A stretch of 64,000 bases of DNA from Candidatus Gottesmanbacteria bacterium. Lineage in GTDB: Bacteria; Patescibacteriota; Microgenomatia; UBA10105; UBA927. The translations under genes and the position numbers were made by a program. The first letter of the stretch is position 1. Every line of letters starts with the position of its first letter. The notes beneath the pieces are model-generated. The model saw only the letters and a list, made by a program, of their open reading frames with translations. It did no database searches and was not told the origin of the DNA. Location of the stretch: assembly GCA_963701185.1 (NCBI GenBank), contig OY969569.1, forward strand, positions 923,548 to 987,547. Reading direction: 5' to 3'. Positions 59,294 through 64,000 of this stretch are shown piece after piece.

Positions 59294-59929
59294 ATGAAAA
59301 CTGTAGGGAGTATCCTCAAGGAAGCGCGTAGTTTAAAAAAACTATCTCTCGATCAGGCAGAGACAGCAACGAAAATCCGGTTGAAATTTTTGACTGCCAT
59401 AGAATCCGATGATTATAGCGGCTTGCCGTCCTTGTCGTATGCGAAAGGATTTGTGAAAAATTACAGTGAGTATTTAGGATTAGATAGCAGCACAGTGCTG
59501 GCGTTTTTCCGGAGGCAAACAACTGATGTATCCAGGACAAGCCTATTGCCAAAAAAGGATACGATGTCCACTCACGGATTTCATCTGACTCCCGGAAGAT
59601 TTTTGGCTGGAATTCTTATAGTTCTTGTCCTTATTTTTTTGGGCTATTTGGGTCTGCAATACGGAAAACTGAACCAACCGCCGGACTTATCGGTGGATTC
59701 GCCGAAGAATCAACTTGTTGTGCAGGAACGGCGCGTGGATATCCTCGGGAAGACAGATCCGGATGCGGCGGTTACCGTGAATGGTATCAATGTTGTGGTT
59801 CGCGCAGATGGCAAATTTTTCGATCAAATCTCCCTGGAGAGCGGAGTAAATAAAATTACCGTGGTTGCCACGAGCAGGTTTGGGAAAACCGCGACGATAG
59901 TCCGCGAAGTGGGGTTGCAATTACCGTAG
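59294..59929 (+). CDS. RodZ-like HTH-domain membrane protein
   Basis: N-terminal XRE-like HTH (LKEARSLKKLSLDQAETATKIRLKFLTAIESDDY ... YAKGFVKNYSEYLGLD), TM, extracytoplasmic beta domain. Confidence 0.55.
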   Translation: MKTVGSILKEARSLKKLSLDQAETATKIRLKFLTAIESDDYSGLPSLSYAKGFVKNYSEYLGLDSSTVLAFFRRQTTDVSRTSLLPKKDTMSTHGFHLTPGRFLAGILIVLVLIFLGYLGLQYGKLNQPPDLSVDSPKNQLVVQERRVDILGKTDPDAAVTVNGINVVVRADGKFFDQISLESGVNKITVVATSRFGKTATIVREVGLQLP

Positions 59930-59958
59930 AAAGTACAGTATACTGAAATCCACTGCCT

Positions 59959-60225
59959 ATGGATCCGACTCAACTCACGATTATCATTATCAGTTCTGCC
60001 CTCGCTATTCTTCTCATTGTTCTGGGTATCCAGGTTTGGTACATCCTCAAAGAAATGCGGATCTCGCTTCAAAAAATGAATAAAATGCTTGATGACGCCG
60101 GGAAAGTAAGCGGTGCCGTGTCGGAAGGTGTTATCGGCATGACGGGTTTTGTCAACGGCCTGAAAACCGGTATCAATGCCATCAGCACACTTGTTCATCA
60201 CAAAGAAGAGGCGCCTCATGAGTGA
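59959..60225 (+). CDS. DUF948-like small membrane protein
   Basis: N-terminal TM followed by KEMRISLQKMNKMLDDAGKV helical segment, as in B. subtilis YtxG-type proteins. Confidence 0.4.
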   Translation: MDPTQLTIIIISSALAILLIVLGIQVWYILKEMRISLQKMNKMLDDAGKVSGAVSEGVIGMTGFVNGLKTGINAISTLVHHKEEAPHE

Positions 60226-60610
60226 AGAACATCACGGAACAGATGTTAAATTTCTTGCCGGATTTTTTATCGGCGGCTTGATCGGCGCGCTGACCATCTT
60301 CTTTTTGGGAACGAAAGAAGGCAAAAAGGCAGGAAAGCTTTTGCAGCAAAAAGGGGAAGACGTTTTGGGCGATCTGGAAAATGAAATCGAAGTCCTTGAG
60401 CAGAAAGGAAAAGAGCTTGCCAAACATGGGGAAGAAGTGAAAGATCAGGTGATTGAAAAATTGGAAGAGAGGTCAGAAGAGCTCACTGAATCAGCAACGA
60501 AAAAACTTGACAGCGCTCTTGCCCATATAGAAGAAATTCAGGAACACGGCCGCGAAACCACCGCCAGCATTAGGAAGCGCCTCTTCAAAAACCTGCCGAA
60601 GAAAAGTTAA
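60218..60610 (+). CDS. YtxH-like protein
   Basis: FLAGFFIGGLIGALTIFFL TM, then long E/K-rich helix. Start MSEEHHG preferred over the ORF-track start 60176. Confidence 0.4.
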   Translation: MSEEHHGTDVKFLAGFFIGGLIGALTIFFLGTKEGKKAGKLLQQKGEDVLGDLENEIEVLEQKGKELAKHGEEVKDQVIEKLEERSEELTESATKKLDSALAHIEEIQEHGRETTASIRKRLFKNLPKKS

Positions 60611-60731
60611 TCAAGAACGTTTTATTGATGTATATATCAATCCATTTCGTCTTTCGTATCGTATTCCCACGCTGTCGCGGACGGCGCGAGTGATACTTTC
60701 CGAATTTCTGTGTGATTGACGATTTGCACAG

Positions 60732-60980
60732 TTATTTATAGACTCCCTGGCGGTGTTCGATGGAGGTAATCAGGACGACCTGTTTATGTTTTATGATGAC
60801 ATAAAGAATTCGATATGGCCATGCTTTCAGGGAATAATGCCCTTTCAGGTTGCGTTCAAGCGGTTTTCCTGCGAATGGGTTTTCTTTCAAATAATTGAGG
60901 TGTCGAAAAATTCTTGCATGGGTTACGCGTGGTAGTTTCGTTAGCTGTTTGGATGCAGCGGGGGTCAAAAGAACATTCAT
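60732..60980 (-). CDS. Type II toxin, RelE/ParE family
   Basis: LKGHYSLKAWPYRILYVIIKHKQVVLITSIEHRQGVY. Overlaps the antitoxin gene by 4 nt. Confidence 0.75.
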   Translation of the reverse strand: MNVLLTPAASKQLTKLPRVTHARIFRHLNYLKENPFAGKPLERNLKGHYSLKAWPYRILYVIIKHKQVVLITSIEHRQGVYK

Positions 60981-61255
60981 AACTTGAGTTTCTTTTTGAC
61001 TTCCTCAATGGTATAGTATCGCCCTGCTTTATAATCTTTTACTCCCTGCTCGATCTGCCGCATGAGTTTTTTATCGGAAAGAATTTCAATCGTTTCCTGC
61101 ATTCCCTCAAGTTCTTCAATAGGCATGACGACAGCATCGGGTCTCCCATGGTGCGTAATAGTAAAGCGGCGGGTGAATTTCCGTACTTCCTCAAGCATGT
61201 CATAGAGATTCATTCGTGCCTCGCTGGCGGTAAGAGTTGTCGGTAGTGTGCTCAT
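60977..61255 (-). CDS. Type II antitoxin, Phd/YefM family
   Basis: MSTLPTTLTASEARMNLYDMLEEV ... ITHHGRPDAVVMPIEELEGMQET. The ORF-track start 61306 would run through the promoter/operator. Confidence 0.75.
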   Translation of the reverse strand: MSTLPTTLTASEARMNLYDMLEEVRKFTRRFTITHHGRPDAVVMPIEELEGMQETIEILSDKKLMRQIEQGVKDYKAGRYYTIEEVKKKLKL

Positions 61256-61261
61256 ATACCA

Positions 61262-61290
61262 ATAGTACGTTATAACGTACGTTTTGTCAA
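61262..61290 (-). promoter_or_regulatory. Toxin-antitoxin promoter (TTGACA-N17-TACTAT on the minus strand) with a perfect 14-bp palindromic operator TACGTTATAACGTA (61266-61279) in the spacer
   Basis: Read from the reverse complement of 61256-61311. Confidence 0.55.
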
Positions 61291-61313
61291 TAGACCAATC
61301 ATTCATGTATAAT
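61284..61313 (+). promoter_or_regulatory. alaS promoter TTGTCA-N18-TATAAT whose -35 overlaps the divergent toxin-antitoxin -35
   Basis: TTGTCA 61284-61289, TATAAT 61308-61313 inside the palindrome TTCATGTATAATGAA. Next ATG at 61321. Confidence 0.45.
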
Positions 61314-63063
61314 GAACCTGATGAGATCGGCTGATTTGCGAAAAAAATACATTGAATTTTTCAAAGCCCGCGGGCATGTGGAAATCCCGTCCGCGCCGCT
61401 CGTGCCGGAAAACGATCCGACTACATTGTTTACCTCAAGCGGTATGCAGCCGCTCATTCCGTATCTTTTAGGCCAAAAACATCCTTTAGGAAAACGTTTG
61501 GTGAACAGCCAGCGGTCATTTAGGGCCGCGGACATTGATGAAGTCGGGGATAATCGCCATATCACGTTTTTTGAAATGCTGGGGAACTGGTCGCTGGGTG
61601 ATTATTTCAAAAAAGAGCAGTTATCGTGGGTTTGGGAATTTTTGACAAAAGAGTTAAAACTTCCGAAAGAAAAATTATTTGTATCGGTATTTGACGGAAC
61701 AAAGGGTGTGCCGCGCGATGAGGAATCAGTTGGTATTTGGCAAAGTCTTGGCGTGCCGGAGAGCAGGATATTCTCTTACGAATCCAACTGGTGGACCCGA
61801 TCAGGTACACCCGATAAAATGCCTCCAGGGGAACCGGGCGGCCCGGACAGCGAAATTTTTTACGATTTCGGTACCCCGCACAATCCAAAATTTGGGAAAG
61901 AATGTCATCCGAACTGTAACTGCGGAAGATTTTTAGAAATCGCGAACTCTGTTTTTATGTTGTACCAGAAACAACCCGACGGATCTCTGAAAGAATTATC
62001 CCAAAAGAATGTAGATTTCGGCGGAGGATTGGAACGTATACTGACGGCAGTTAACAATACTCCTGACGTATTTAAAACGGATTTATTTATGCCGATCATC
62101 GAGCAAATTTCTGCCGTAAGTAAAAAAGAGTATGTAGGAAACGAGGTGGCCATGCGCATCATTGCAGATCACATTAAAGGCGCGGTGATGATGATAGCTG
62201 ACGGCGTTGTCCCCTCCAATAAAGCACAAGGATATATATTGCGACGGCTCATCCGGCGCGCATTGCTGCATGGAAGGAAACTCAATTTTTCCGCCATTGA
62301 AACACTCGTTCCGACCATTGAAAAAATATATCAAAGCAAATATCCGCAGGCTGCCGTGCTACTTCAGGAAGAAGTGCTCCGGTTTGGTAAAACGTTGGAG
62401 CGGGGGCTCTCCGAGATTGAGAAAGTAAAAATGCTTGATGGAAAAATTGCATTTACCCTCTACGAAACCTACGGATTTCCGTGGGAAATGACGGTGGAGA
62501 TAGCTGGTGAGAAGGGACAGATCGTAGATCGTAGACAGTTTGAGGAAGAATTTAAAAAGCACCAGAATTTGTCGCGCACGGCGGCAAAAGGCATGTTTAA
62601 AGGCGGACTTGCAGACAACAGTGTTCAGACAACACGACTGCATACCGCCCATCATTTACTTCTGGCAGCACTTCAAAAAATTGTTGATCCGGCAATCCGC
62701 CAGCGGGGAAGTAATATTACTGTTGAGCGCCTCCGCATGGATTTTAATTTTGCACGCAAAGTGACGCCGGAAGAGTTGAAGAAAGTGGAAAAACTCGTCA
62801 ATGAAAAGATTAAAGAAGATTTGAAGGTCGAGCGAAGCGAGATGCTGCGTGAGGAAGCCGAAAAAGTGGGTGCGCAGATGGAATTCGGGCATAAATATCC
62901 GGACCGCGTCAGTGTGTATTTTGTGGGAGATCGTAAAAACTTCTTTTCTGCCGAGTTCTGCGGCGGCCCGCACGTGACGCACACCGGAGAGATCGGGGAA
63001 TTTAAGATCCTTAAAGAAGAATCCGCAGGAAGTGGAATTCGAAGGATTTATGCGGTAGTATGA
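61312..63063 (+). CDS. alaS: Alanyl-tRNA synthetase (short form: catalytic, tRNA-binding and editing domains, no C-Ala domain)
   Basis: Class II motifs, HTAHHLLLAAL (HxxxH) and CGGPHV editing-site motifs. Real start may be the ATG at 61321 (MRSADLRKKYIEFF). Confidence 0.85.
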   Translation: MNLMRSADLRKKYIEFFKARGHVEIPSAPLVPENDPTTLFTSSGMQPLIPYLLGQKHPLGKRLVNSQRSFRAADIDEVGDNRHITFFEMLGNWSLGDYFKKEQLSWVWEFLTKELKLPKEKLFVSVFDGTKGVPRDEESVGIWQSLGVPESRIFSYESNWWTRSGTPDKMPPGEPGGPDSEIFYDFGTPHNPKFGKECHPNCNCGRFLEIANSVFMLYQKQPDGSLKELSQKNVDFGGGLERILTAVNNTPDVFKTDLFMPIIEQISAVSKKEYVGNEVAMRIIADHIKGAVMMIADGVVPSNKAQGYILRRLIRRALLHGRKLNFSAIETLVPTIEKIYQSKYPQAAVLLQEEVLRFGKTLERGLSEIEKVKMLDGKIAFTLYETYGFPWEMTVEIAGEKGQIVDRRQFEEEFKKHQNLSRTAAKGMFKGGLADNSVQTTRLHTAHHLLLAALQKIVDPAIRQRGSNITVERLRMDFNFARKVTPEELKKVEKLVNEKIKEDLKVERSEMLREEAEKVGAQMEFGHKYPDRVSVYFVGDRKNFFSAEFCGGPHVTHTGEIGEFKILKEESAGSGIRRIYAVV

Positions 63064-63070
63064 GAGAAGA

Positions 63071-64000
63071 ATGAAATTTCCCAGTCAGCTTGGTAATCTT
63101 TTCGGAAAAAAGCAGGAAAAGAAGGAAGTGTTTGCATCGCTTCTTTTGGATGTTGAGTACGTGGCCGCCGCCCTCTGGGAAATGAGAGACCGCAATGTCC
63201 CGCACATCATTGCCACCGCAACCGGGGCAGTGGTCGCCGATACGTGGGAAGACCGGCTCAATGCCATTGATGATGCTCTGGCTAGTGTGGAAGATAAAGC
63301 AGAGACCACGGATTATTCCAAAACCGTGTTGGGGTTGCCCCTCACGTACCTTACCGAATCCGGCGAGATACCCAAAGAGGTGAGGGCACATGTGAAAGAG
63401 ATTACCAGGGAGCTGGAACTGAAGCCCATCGGATTTGTCTCCATACATCAGGCACTCATGTATAAATTGAAAAAGGACGAGGGGGTGCCGCCGAGCGTCA
63501 TTTTCCTGGGCATTTCACACAACGCTGTATCGCTGTCTCTGTATAAAATCGGCGCACTGTCCGGGCAAAAAACACTTTCGTACAGCGGCGATATCGCCAT
63601 CCAGGTAGAAGAGCTTCTGAAACAATTTAAAGATTTGGAAGTGTTACCCGCACGGATATTATTGTACGGTCATGACGGAAAAGACCTCGGGCAAGTCAAG
63701 AGCGATCTTCTCAAGTATCCCTGGACCACCCGGGTAAATTTTCTGCACTTCCCCAAGATAGAAATTATTACTCCCGAAGAGGTGGTTAAAGCAATCTCTC
63801 TGGCGGGCGCCAGTGAACTGGCAAGTGAAATGAAGGAGGAAACTGTCGAGGTGGAGGAAATTGAAGAAGGTGAGGAGATTGCGGCGGAAGAAGAATCCAA
63901 TGTGGTGGTGGTGGATCCGTCACGGTTCGGATTTAAGAAAAACGTTGATGTGCTTGAAGAAACAGAAAAACCTGCACCAACACATACCAAACCGTCAATA
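63071..64000 (+). CDS. Hypothetical protein, 3' end beyond the window (at least 310 aa), acidic C-terminal region
   Basis: Open frame from ATG 63071 to the window end, not in the supplied ORF track because no stop is reached. N-terminal LLLDVEYVAAALWEM ... IIATATGAV could be an actin-like (FtsA/PilM-like) phosphate-1 region but this is weak. Confidence 0.4.
   Translation, partial: MKFPSQLGNLFGKKQEKKEVFASLLLDVEYVAAALWEMRDRNVPHIIATATGAVVADTWEDRLNAIDDALASVEDKAETTDYSKTVLGLPLTYLTESGEIPKEVRAHVKEITRELELKPIGFVSIHQALMYKLKKDEGVPPSVIFLGISHNAVSLSLYKIGALSGQKTLSYSGDIAIQVEELLKQFKDLEVLPARILLYGHDGKDLGQVKSDLLKYPWTTRVNFLHFPKIEIITPEEVVKAISLAGASELASEMKEETVEVEEIEEGEEIAAEEESNVVVVDPSRFGFKKNVDVLEETEKPAPTHTKPSI

Noticed and set aside
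60625-60640. Near-palindrome TTGATGTATATATCAA between ytxH-like and relE
   Set aside because: Two mismatches, AT-only, located at convergent gene ends rather than at a promoter. Insufficient to call an operator or terminator.

Overview
This is a gene-dense chromosomal segment of about 72 annotatable genes, with no transposase, integrase, CRISPR array or rRNA recognised. The gene set (short TIM, N-terminally truncated IF-2, DnaJ without zinc finger, many apparently leaderless starts) most resembles a small-genome CPR/Patescibacteria-like bacterium. Housekeeping content includes two CIRCE-regulated chaperone operons (groES-groEL; hrcA-grpE-dnaK-dnaJ), nusA-infB, rpsO-pnp, rpsT, murJ, metG-tatD, tpiA, alaS, ftsK, RNase J, a PcrA helicase, a UvrD-helicase/Cas4-like nuclease fusion and rmuC. 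A long minus-strand envelope cluster follows metG-tatD: two GT2, a GT-C, a GT4 WecA/MraY-like and a UbiA-family polyprenyl-phosphate pentosyltransferase. Accessory-looking parts are: (i) an AT-rich three-gene module of a small DUF5678-like protein, a retropepsin-like aspartic protease and an unknown 135-aa protein; (ii) three consecutive genes for secreted cysteine-rich repeat proteins carrying perfect 111-bp tandem DNA repeats, next to PilN/PilO-like genes and large surface proteins with both N- and C-terminal membrane anchors; (iii) a RelE/ParE-Phd/YefM toxin-antitoxin pair with a perfect 14-bp operator palindrome. Other oddities: a GroES with a Cys4 insertion, a Lon AAA+ module lacking the protease domain, a tsaD gene broken by two frameshifts, a tRNA with a UAU anticodon abutting idi, and a promoter-terminator attenuator in front of nusA. 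Strand-shadow ORFs over low-complexity and repeat regions were rejected.
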